64,000 nucleotides of DNA. Origin: Flavobacterium sp. Its GTDB lineage: Bacteria; Bacteroidota; Bacteroidia; Flavobacteriales; Flavobacteriaceae. The notes beneath the pieces are model-generated. The model searched no databases, was not told where the DNA came from, and was given only the letters and a program-made list of their open reading frames with translations. Of the stretch, positions 29,039-37,466 are shown piece after piece. The first letter of the stretch is position 1; every line of letters starts with the position of its first letter. A program made the position numbers and the translations under genes. The stretch is from contig JBELHH010000002.1 in assembly GCA_042091515.1 (NCBI GenBank), positions 62,450-126,449 on the forward strand. Direction: 5' to 3'.

Positions 29039-29854
29039 ATGAAACAACAATATTTAAAAGAAACCATTGATTATTTAAAGAAAAATGGAGTTGAGAAACC
29101 CACTGTTGGAATTGTCTTAGGAACAGGCTTAGGGTCTCTCATAAATGAAATAGCCATAGAAATAGAAATCGATTATAAAGAGATTCCTCATTTCCCTCTG
29201 GCAACCGTTGAGTTTCACTCTGGGAAAATTATTTACGGAACCCTTTCTGGCAAAAAAGTAATTGTTATGTCTGGTCGTTTTCATTTATATGAAGGATATT
29301 CTCCTTGGGAAGTCACTTATGGGATTAGAACCATGCATGGTTTAGGAATTAGTAATTTACTAATCTCTAATGCTTCTGGAGCGATTAATCTAACCTACAA
29401 AAAAGGAGATCTTATGCTGCTTGAAGATCACATAAATTTACAAGGGAGTTCACCTATTGCTTTTAAAGGGGCTAATACTTTTGGTGCTATTTTTGTGGAT
29501 ATGTTAGCACCTTATTCTAAAGATTTAAATACGTGTATTAAACAAATTGCAATGGCATTAAAAATAAAACTTCATACAGGAGTATATGCAGGTGTTCTAG
29601 GGCCACAATTAGAAACAAGAGCGGAATATAGAATGTTACAAATTCTAGAAGCAGATGCTGTAGGAATGAGTACCGTTCCGGAAGTTATTGTTGCCAAGCA
29701 ACTCAACGTGCCTTGTGCGGCTATTTCTGTTCTAACGGATGAATGTGATCCAAAAAATTTAAAGCCTGTAAATATTCCTGACATCATAGAAGTTGCCGGA
29801 AAAGCTGAACCAAAAATGATTAAACTCTTTAAAAAAACTATTGAGATTTTATAG
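29039..29854 (+). CDS. Purine nucleoside phosphorylase (trimeric PNP/MTAP family)
   Basis: Motifs GRFHLYEGY, GPQLETRAE and MSTVPEV. Confidence 0.9.
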   Translation: MKQQYLKETIDYLKKNGVEKPTVGIVLGTGLGSLINEIAIEIEIDYKEIPHFPLATVEFHSGKIIYGTLSGKKVIVMSGRFHLYEGYSPWEVTYGIRTMHGLGISNLLISNASGAINLTYKKGDLMLLEDHINLQGSSPIAFKGANTFGAIFVDMLAPYSKDLNTCIKQIAMALKIKLHTGVYAGVLGPQLETRAEYRMLQILEADAVGMSTVPEVIVAKQLNVPCAAISVLTDECDPKNLKPVNIPDIIEVAGKAEPKMIKLFKKTIEIL

Positions 29855-29868
29855 AAAGTTTATTAATA

Positions 29869-30657
29869 CTATTCTGGTTCTACCTCCATTAACATAACTG
29901 TTTTAAACTCAATTGGGTGAGTCTCAGATTGTAATGAAATATACCCTTCTGAAATAGGTGTCCCAGGAGGTAAAAGATAATTTTCTGGAAGATAATCGCC
30001 CCCTATTTGAGGTTTAGAATAAGAAATAACCGTATCTCCTTCTATAATATGGTGCATAATTTCATCTCCTAGAACAACAAATTCAGCAGTTACCCAATCA
30101 TCACTATGGTAGGTTTTAGAGGTTGAATTAATACAATGCCTTTTTTCTAATTTATCATTTATTACTACATGTAATCCTGGTGTACATAGGTTTCCATTTG
30201 CCCGTTTATCGGTTCCATTACCTCCTAATAATTGACCTTCTAAACTTACAGGAAATTCTTGATCTAAGCCCATACTTTGTGGAGACTGACAGTGCATCAT
30301 AACACCATTGTTTCGATAAGCCCAATTCCCTACTTCAGGAAATGCCTGCTCTCCTACAAAGCGATATTCAACGACTATCTTATAGTGAGAAAATGATTGT
30401 TTATAAAATAAATGACCATATCTATTCTCGAACTTTTCATATCCATCATACGATACTTTTAATAAACCATTTTCTACTCTGAACGTATTTTTATAATTAT
30501 CTCCAAGCTTATGACCGGTAATTTTAGGAATCCATCCTTCTAAATTTTCTCCATTAAATAGTTGAATCCATTGTCCTTTTTGGTTTTTTTTAGACTGATA
30601 TTGACAGCTCGTTAATATCAAGCATAAAAAAAATAACTGTAAAAAATACTTTCTCAT
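29869..30657 (-). CDS. DUF1080 (3-keto-disaccharide hydrolase-like) lipoprotein
   Basis: Lipobox LILTSC. The motifs W..LFNG..L.GW, FRVENG.L and LQSE..PIEFK are typical of DUF1080. Confidence 0.7.
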   Translation of the reverse strand: MRKYFLQLFFLCLILTSCQYQSKKNQKGQWIQLFNGENLEGWIPKITGHKLGDNYKNTFRVENGLLKVSYDGYEKFENRYGHLFYKQSFSHYKIVVEYRFVGEQAFPEVGNWAYRNNGVMMHCQSPQSMGLDQEFPVSLEGQLLGGNGTDKRANGNLCTPGLHVVINDKLEKRHCINSTSKTYHSDDWVTAEFVVLGDEIMHHIIEGDTVISYSKPQIGGDYLPENYLLPPGTPISEGYISLQSETHPIEFKTVMLMEVEPE

Positions 30658-30910
30658 ATTTTAGAAAACTTGGTTCATCGAATTAGTATCCCAAGATAAT
30701 ACAAATTTAAAAAATAAAAACTTTTGGTTAAGACAGCTTTTGATGAGTAAATAGGTTTTCATCCCGACCCTAAAAGAGAAGATTCAAAAAATTAAATAAT
30801 AATCTCACAAGATTATTAGTAAATCAAGTATTGGTTTTTGCATGAAAATTACTGAATTTAACAAAAAGAAGGTATTTTTGCAGTACCTATAAAAAACTTG
30901 TTATATTAAT

Positions 30911-31798
30911 ATGAATAAATATATAGACATTATAAAAAATTCTTATGTTGACTATTGGAACTATCTTCAAAAATCTGTTCTAATGGAACTCAACTGGGAA
31001 AATTATTTTTATGGTATTATTATTATATCAGTAGTAGTATGGTGTTTAGAGATTATTTTCCCATGGCGAAAGAATCAATCTATTATTAGAAAAGACTTTT
31101 GGTTAGACATATTTTATATGTTTTTTAATTTCTTTTTATTAAACTTAATTGTTCTCATTGCATTATCTAACGCTGCAGCAATTTTTTTTAATGATGTGTT
31201 ATCTTTAGTTGGTTTATCTATTAGTAATCTTCAAGTTTTTAATATTAATTCGTTCCCTTATTGGTTGAGAATATTGGTGTTTTTTGTAGTAATTGATTTT
31301 GTACAATGGTTTACTCACACTCTATTACATCGATATAGTTTTTTATGGAACTTTCACAAAGTACATCATTCGGTGAAACAAATGGGCTTTGCTGCTCATC
31401 TACGCTATCATTGGATGGAGCCTGTAATATACAATTCTATAAAGTATATTCCGTTAGCTATATTAGGTGGTTTTAACGCTCAAGATGTTGCTATCGTTCA
31501 CTTTTTTAACATCTCTATAGGACATTTAAATCATGCCAATATTAATTGGGATTATGGATTTTTAAAATATATTTTTAACAACCCTAAAATGCATATTTGG
31601 CATCATGCCAAAGAACTTCCAAAGGAAAAAAATAACGGTGTGAATTTCGCAATTACACTAAGTATTTGGGATTATTTATTTAAGACTAATTATATACCAT
31701 ATTCTGGAAGAGATATCGAGTTAGGTTTTGAAAATGATAATCTATTTCCTTCTTCATTTATTAAACAAGAAATGTACCCTTTTGGTAAAAAAGATTAA
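30911..31798 (+). CDS. Fatty acid hydroxylase / sterol desaturase-family membrane protein
   Basis: His boxes HTLLHR, HKVHH and HIWHH, plus TM segments. Confidence 0.8.
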   Translation: MNKYIDIIKNSYVDYWNYLQKSVLMELNWENYFYGIIIISVVVWCLEIIFPWRKNQSIIRKDFWLDIFYMFFNFFLLNLIVLIALSNAAAIFFNDVLSLVGLSISNLQVFNINSFPYWLRILVFFVVIDFVQWFTHTLLHRYSFLWNFHKVHHSVKQMGFAAHLRYHWMEPVIYNSIKYIPLAILGGFNAQDVAIVHFFNISIGHLNHANINWDYGFLKYIFNNPKMHIWHHAKELPKEKNNGVNFAITLSIWDYLFKTNYIPYSGRDIELGFENDNLFPSSFIKQEMYPFGKKD

Positions 31799-31847
31799 TC
31801 TTCATTTTTTAATACGGGTATTATTAATTAACCATTTAAGATAAGCA

Positions 31848-32576
31848 TTACTTATTTCTCCCTTTTTCATTAGGATATAAGTCAGGTAGTCGATCACTTT
31901 GATATATTTCTTTTGTATCAATATTAATGGCTGTAATTTTCCCTTTAAAAGCTGCTCCAGTATCTATATTCCAAACATTGAAAGCATTCATAGGTTCCGA
32001 TAAACCATAGTTGGTTGTAGGAGTATGTCCTATATAAATTTCTTTATAATGGTTTAATCTTTTTGGATATGTGTTCATTTGTGGTTTTAACGAGGGATCC
32101 ATCGCGATTGCCATTTCCCATAAAGTTCTGTCTTCACAAAGTGTATGGATAGACGTTTCTTTTAGTACCCCATGCATTGAAGTAAAGCCTGCATGTAAAA
32201 ATAATTTATTCTCATTGTTTATATAATACATTTTAGTCTTGTTAAAAAAGGCTAAATGATCCTTTTTATCTAAATTCGAATAATTATCATAACTCTCTAT
32301 TGTTTCTTTACCTCCATGCCTATACCAAGAAGGATCTACTTCATTATTTTTTAACCAATTTTCACACAATACATCATGATTTCCTTTAATAAAAGTACAA
32401 TTAATTTTTTTTGACAACTCTATTAAAAAATCAATTACTTGGGCAGAATCACTCCAACCATCAACATAATCTCCCATAAAAATCAAGCAGTCTTCCTCAT
32501 TAATGGCAAGCTTATTTATAACTTGTATTAACGCTTTTAGACCGCCATGTATATCTCCAATCGCAAAAGTTTTCAT
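31848..32576 (-). CDS. Metallophosphoesterase (PPP-type phosphatase)
   Basis: Motifs GDIHGG, GDYVDG and GNHD. Confidence 0.85.
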   Translation of the reverse strand: MKTFAIGDIHGGLKALIQVINKLAINEEDCLIFMGDYVDGWSDSAQVIDFLIELSKKINCTFIKGNHDVLCENWLKNNEVDPSWYRHGGKETIESYDNYSNLDKKDHLAFFNKTKMYYINNENKLFLHAGFTSMHGVLKETSIHTLCEDRTLWEMAIAMDPSLKPQMNTYPKRLNHYKEIYIGHTPTTNYGLSEPMNAFNVWNIDTGAAFKGKITAINIDTKEIYQSDRLPDLYPNEKGRNK

Positions 32577-32694
32577 TGTTTTTGAATAAATAGGTAAAGT
32601 TATGGGATTAGAATTTCATTTTGGTCTGAAAACGTTAAATTTACAATAAGAATTTTATTGATCCTTTTTCTTAATAATTCTTACTAGGAAGAAA

Positions 32695-33975
32695 CTAAAA
32701 ATACTGTCCTATCCCAAAGACAAATCCTTGTGTTCCATTGTTGGTAATACCATAGCCATAATCTATTCTAAATACTGCATTATAAATTTTCCTATGAATA
32801 AATCGCAGCCCTAGTCCAGGGTATATTCTTACATTATTAGGATCGAAAAAATCATCAATATCACCTCCAGGGTTTCTCCAAGTACCTGCATCAACAAACG
32901 CATTACCTTGAATTGTTATATTATTTTTTTTATAGAGAATATATCTGTATTCTGTATTTAAGACAACAACGCCAGTTCCTCGATCAATAATATTTCCAAC
33001 ACCTCTAATATTAACATTATTATCTACTGAAAAAGGGGCAAAAGGAGAATCAGCATTCGTGGCAAAACCAATCCGTACTTTATTAGCCCAATTTCCATTT
33101 TTACCAATCCGTTTAAAATAGAAAAAATCGTTCCACCAAATAGAAAAGTCAGGAAATGTAGTACCAAATGCTATTACATGTTGAAAGTTGAACAAAGTTC
33201 TAAAACCCGAAATACTCTCATAATAATAGTCTAATGCATTATATTCATATATTAATTTGAACAACGACTTATCTATTGTTAATGCTTGTGGGATCTCTGG
33301 ATTTATAGCTCCTGATTTATATTGATATTTTTCTGTAAAAAAAGTAAATCCTAGTTGTATTTTATTTCTCAATGATAATTGATGGAGCCCTAATAGTTCA
33401 TAGGATCTATTATTGTATTTATAATCTGATGATGTATCATCAAAAAAAACAGGCTCTTGAGTTGTTAAATTCTGATAATTAAAAGCCAATCCAAAGGTAT
33501 TTCCAAAGGTATTTCCAAATAAAAATGGAGCATTAAAATTGATCGCATAAGAATCATAAATATCTCGTTGGAAAAATCCACCAATAGAAATATTCTTTCC
33601 TAGAAAATTAAATTCATTCACCCCTATTCTATACGCAAATTCATTGTTATTTGTTGTGTGAAAATTTGCAAAAGGAATAATGGTAAAATTCTCTTCAATA
33701 GTAATCGTAATGTTATAGTGTTTTATATATGATTCAAAGACACGGAAATAAGCATGAGAGATCGATGGCAATCTTTTTAATAAAGCAATATCCTTGTCTA
33801 GTTGAACAGAATCCAATCCTTGTCCTACTTTGGTAGTAATGATTTTTTTAACAAAAGAAACTTTCATTTTTTTAGTTCCTAGAATCTTTATATCATTGAC
33901 AATATGGTTCTGACTAAATGAGATAATTGAGTAGAATAAAAAAAGAGGGAGAATATTTTTTTTATAAAAGATCAT
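32695..33975 (-). CDS. Omp85/BamA-type outer membrane protein with a single POTRA-like domain
   Basis: Signal peptide, a POTRA-like N-terminus (IKILGTKKMKVSFVKKII...) and a beta-strand-rich body ending in GIGQYF, with the aromatic C-terminus typical of OMPs. Confidence 0.65.
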   Translation of the reverse strand: MIFYKKNILPLFLFYSIISFSQNHIVNDIKILGTKKMKVSFVKKIITTKVGQGLDSVQLDKDIALLKRLPSISHAYFRVFESYIKHYNITITIEENFTIIPFANFHTTNNNEFAYRIGVNEFNFLGKNISIGGFFQRDIYDSYAINFNAPFLFGNTFGNTFGLAFNYQNLTTQEPVFFDDTSSDYKYNNRSYELLGLHQLSLRNKIQLGFTFFTEKYQYKSGAINPEIPQALTIDKSLFKLIYEYNALDYYYESISGFRTLFNFQHVIAFGTTFPDFSIWWNDFFYFKRIGKNGNWANKVRIGFATNADSPFAPFSVDNNVNIRGVGNIIDRGTGVVVLNTEYRYILYKKNNITIQGNAFVDAGTWRNPGGDIDDFFDPNNVRIYPGLGLRFIHRKIYNAVFRIDYGYGITNNGTQGFVFGIGQYF

Positions 33976-34037
33976 AGAATAAATAATCTACTTAACTTAT
34001 TATTTATAAGTAAATTCTAAAAGCGTCATATTTTAAA

Positions 34038-35042
34038 TTAATTTACATTGTATAACTGCTGGATTAGAAGTTCAACAGGTTTGTTTTGTGGAGTAAATCT
34101 ATTGTTCTCTAACCCACCCACTTCATCATGTCTATAAAACCACTTCCATAAAAACCCTCCAGCAAACCAATCCTCATTCCAAAACTGATTATAAATTGCT
34201 TGGAATCCATTTTTTTGAGCTTCTAAGTTAACCTGTCCAGACACCCGTTTAGAGTCCCAAGGTTTTTCACCTGTATAATCGATACTCCTATATCCAAATT
34301 CAGTAAATAGAATTGGTTTCTGAAATTGAGTTTGTACTTTTTTAATTTCATTCTTATGACCTTGCCACCCTAACTCGAAATCAATAATTGAAGGTGATTT
34401 TAAATCAGAAAGAGGAAAATAGGCATCAATGCCAATATAATCTAATTGATTCCAAAAAGGAATTCGTTTATATTCATCCCAATTAGCAGCATAAGTTATT
34501 TTTCCGCCATATACTTTCTTAACTTCTTTGATAAGAGATGTCCAAAAATGAGGTCTATTAATAACAAATTTTTCTAATTCTGTTCCCAAACAAAATAATT
34601 CGGCATTTATCTCTTGCGCTACTTTAGCGTATAATAAAATAAATGAAGAATACGAATCTTCAAGAGCTTTCCATTGATCTTCCGTATCCATTAAAATATG
34701 GCCTGTAAACTCACCTTTCCAGACCCAAATTTGGGGTTTAATCATAATTTTCAAGCCACTATGACGAATAACTTTTGCATATTGTTTAATACCCTCTTTT
34801 CTTTCCCCAAACCATTGCCTATTAACATTAAATTGTATTGTAGGTGATGATACTTCTCTTATAAAACCAAAAGGCATTAAAGCAACATAATTAGCATTCG
34901 TTTTTAACAATGGACCCATCTGTAAACTAGTGATACTGTCTTTTGAAGCTACAAAACTAATTCCATTTATTTTTTGTGCTTTTGAATGGCAAGCATACAG
35001 CAACAAAAAAAGAATCATCAAAAAAAAGTTAGTCATTTTCAT
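34038..35042 (-). CDS. Clan GH-A-like TIM-barrel glycoside hydrolase lipoprotein
   Basis: Lipobox LLYAC. Candidate acid/base residue in LGTELEKF and candidate nucleophile in LFTEFGY. I cannot assign a GH family from the sequence. Confidence 0.55.
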   Translation of the reverse strand: MKMTNFFLMILFLLLYACHSKAQKINGISFVASKDSITSLQMGPLLKTNANYVALMPFGFIREVSSPTIQFNVNRQWFGERKEGIKQYAKVIRHSGLKIMIKPQIWVWKGEFTGHILMDTEDQWKALEDSYSSFILLYAKVAQEINAELFCLGTELEKFVINRPHFWTSLIKEVKKVYGGKITYAANWDEYKRIPFWNQLDYIGIDAYFPLSDLKSPSIIDFELGWQGHKNEIKKVQTQFQKPILFTEFGYRSIDYTGEKPWDSKRVSGQVNLEAQKNGFQAIYNQFWNEDWFAGGFLWKWFYRHDEVGGLENNRFTPQNKPVELLIQQLYNVN

Positions 35043-35066
35043 ATTGGCTTCAATGTAACTTTTTTG

Positions 35067-35951
35067 CTAAAAAAGTGCTCTTAAGCCTATGTTAAATGTT
35101 TCTCCCAACCCTGTATTATTTCCTCTAATAAAATCTGTATATAACATCTCAATATTCAAAATTTTGGTGAGTTGATATTTTGCACCACTGCCTATAGCAG
35201 TAAAGTTTTGAGTAAAATCATTCCCTAGATCAAATCGTTGAGAGTGCTGAGCCAAGACCAATACGGTAAATTTATTACTTGGAAAATAACTTAAAAAAAC
35301 ACCCGGTAATATATTAAGACTGTTATTTGCAAAGCTTTCCTTTTTATCTCCAAAGCTAAACTCAGTATTCAATTCTGTAAAAATTTGCCAATCTCCACTT
35401 AGGAAAGTATGGTCATAAAAAAATCGATTCTGAAAAATAAACCCTTTTTGATCTAGGAAAATAGAGTTCTGATTACTTTCTTCTTTTACCAGCGGAATAT
35501 GAAATGCTGTTTGGATAGTGAAATTCGAGATGCCCTTTAGTGGGTTGAATTTAATTGCTGGAGCAAACGATGTAAATCCTGATCGTTCAGTAATCCCGTC
35601 ATTTCCAAAACTCAAAGAGGCCAACGCTTTTCTTCCTGCAATAACATTAGATCTAAATTCTAGTAATAAGCCTATATTAATAGAACTATTTTCTGAAACT
35701 CCTGTAAAAACATCTATTGTTGAAGTAAAAAATGTTTCTCTTGGTTTTATTCTTTTACTACCGTTTGGCCCAAATAAATCTTCTGTTTCTGTGTATAAGT
35801 TATTAAACCATTTAATATCCCATTGATCTTTATGTAAAAGTTTAGAAGGGGTATAGGTTAGAATAACACTTTTTGTGTCTAGCGCACTATCATCCTGGGA
35901 AAACCCTTTAAAACTAATAAAAACAAACGTAAGAAGTAAAAATATTCTCAT
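35067..35951 (-). CDS. Putative outer-membrane beta-barrel protein
   Basis: Signal peptide, alternating-hydrophobicity strands, and a C-terminal ...IGLRALF. Confidence 0.45.
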   Translation of the reverse strand: MRIFLLLTFVFISFKGFSQDDSALDTKSVILTYTPSKLLHKDQWDIKWFNNLYTETEDLFGPNGSKRIKPRETFFTSTIDVFTGVSENSSINIGLLLEFRSNVIAGRKALASLSFGNDGITERSGFTSFAPAIKFNPLKGISNFTIQTAFHIPLVKEESNQNSIFLDQKGFIFQNRFFYDHTFLSGDWQIFTELNTEFSFGDKKESFANNSLNILPGVFLSYFPSNKFTVLVLAQHSQRFDLGNDFTQNFTAIGSGAKYQLTKILNIEMLYTDFIRGNNTGLGETFNIGLRALF

Positions 35952-36111
35952 AATGTAGTTTTAAGGTACGTATTAATTTCAGGGACTACTTGTTTCGTCG
36001 AATCTCAATTCGATAACTTTCATAACTATTTTATTTATACTTGTTCTAAATTAAATTATTGTTTAAGAAATTCTCATTAACTTCGACAGATTAGATAACA
36101 ATTAATAATAT

Positions 36112-37461
36112 ATGGAACATATCGTTATCATTGGAAATGGTATTTCAGGAGTTACACTTGCTAGACATATTCGAAAAAATTCAGCTAAAGAAATTACCAT
36201 TGTTTCAGCAGAAACCGATTATTTCTTCTCACGTACAGCACTAATGTATGTATACATGGGGCATTTGAAGTTTGAACATACTCAGCCCTACGAATCTTGG
36301 TTCTGGGAGAAGAATCGCATTCATTTAAAAAAAGGATATGTAACTAAAATTGACATTGCAAAAAAGGAACTCATCTTTTCAAATAAAGAAAGCCTTTCTT
36401 ATGATAAATTAGTGTTAGCAACTGGCTCAAAACCAAACAAATTTGGTTGGCCAGGACAAGAGTTAAAAGGTGTAATGGGAATGTACCACAAGCAAGATTT
36501 AGAAAACCTAGAAAAACATGCCCCTAATAATACTGTCTGTAAAAGAGCCATTATTGTTGGAGGGGGGTTGATAGGTATAGAACTGGCTGAAATGTTGCAT
36601 TCTAGAGATATTCCTGTTACTTTTTTAGTTCGTGAAAAAAGTTTTTGGAGTGGCGTTTTGCCTAATGGAGAAAGCGAAATGATTACCAGACATATACTAA
36701 ATAATCATATCGATTTACGATTAAATACTAATTTAAAAGAAATAAAATCTGATAAAAGCGGCCATGTGAAATCTGTAATTGTTGAAGAAACAGGAGAAGA
36801 AATTTTATGTGATATTGTGGGGTTAACCGCTGGTGTTTCTCCAAATATAGATGTTGTAAAAAACGCTATGATAGAAACAAATCGTGGAGTATTAGTAAAT
36901 CGCTTTTTAGAAACAAACATTGAGGATATATATGCTATTGGTGATTGTGCAGAACAAAGAGAAGCTATTGGCAATAGAAGAGCAATAGAAGCTGTCTGGT
37001 ATACTGGAAGAATGATGGGAGAAACTTTAGCACAAACTATTTGTGGAAATAAAATTAAATACACACCAGGACATTGGTTTAATTCAGCAAAATTTTTTGA
37101 TATAGAATATCAAACTTATGGATGGGTTTTTAATGAAAACATAAGGCCTCAATACGAAAAACATTTTCACTGGAAACACAAAGATGACAACAAGTGTATT
37201 ACTATTGCTTACCATAAAGATTCAAATCTTTTCTTAGGAATTAATACATTTGGAATAAGGATGCGTCATGAGATTTTTGACAAATGGCTCACGGAGAAAA
37301 GAGATGTCCATTATATCTTACAATATTTAAGTGATGCCAATTTTGATCCAGAATTTTATACACTTTATGAGAAAGAAATCATAAAAAAATTTAATCAAGA
37401 AAACAACACTTCTATTCAATCAAAAAGAAAAAGTTGGAAACGAATATTCACCAGAGCCTAA
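36112..37461 (+). CDS. NAD(P)/FAD-dependent pyridine nucleotide-disulfide-type oxidoreductase
   Basis: Two dinucleotide-binding motifs, VIIGNGISG and IIVGGGLIGIELA, plus a GD motif (AIGDCAE). Confidence 0.85.
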   Translation: MEHIVIIGNGISGVTLARHIRKNSAKEITIVSAETDYFFSRTALMYVYMGHLKFEHTQPYESWFWEKNRIHLKKGYVTKIDIAKKELIFSNKESLSYDKLVLATGSKPNKFGWPGQELKGVMGMYHKQDLENLEKHAPNNTVCKRAIIVGGGLIGIELAEMLHSRDIPVTFLVREKSFWSGVLPNGESEMITRHILNNHIDLRLNTNLKEIKSDKSGHVKSVIVEETGEEILCDIVGLTAGVSPNIDVVKNAMIETNRGVLVNRFLETNIEDIYAIGDCAEQREAIGNRRAIEAVWYTGRMMGETLAQTICGNKIKYTPGHWFNSAKFFDIEYQTYGWVFNENIRPQYEKHFHWKHKDDNKCITIAYHKDSNLFLGINTFGIRMRHEIFDKWLTEKRDVHYILQYLSDANFDPEFYTLYEKEIIKKFNQENNTSIQSKRKSWKRIFTRA

Positions 37462-37466
37462 AACTT

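Noticed and set aside
31848-32576. The metallophosphoesterase as the phosphoesterase partner of the arsenosugar/rSAM gene set.
   Set aside because: It is on the opposite strand and is separated from the operon by two unrelated genes. It is a generic PPP-type phosphatase, and nothing in the sequence supports linkage.
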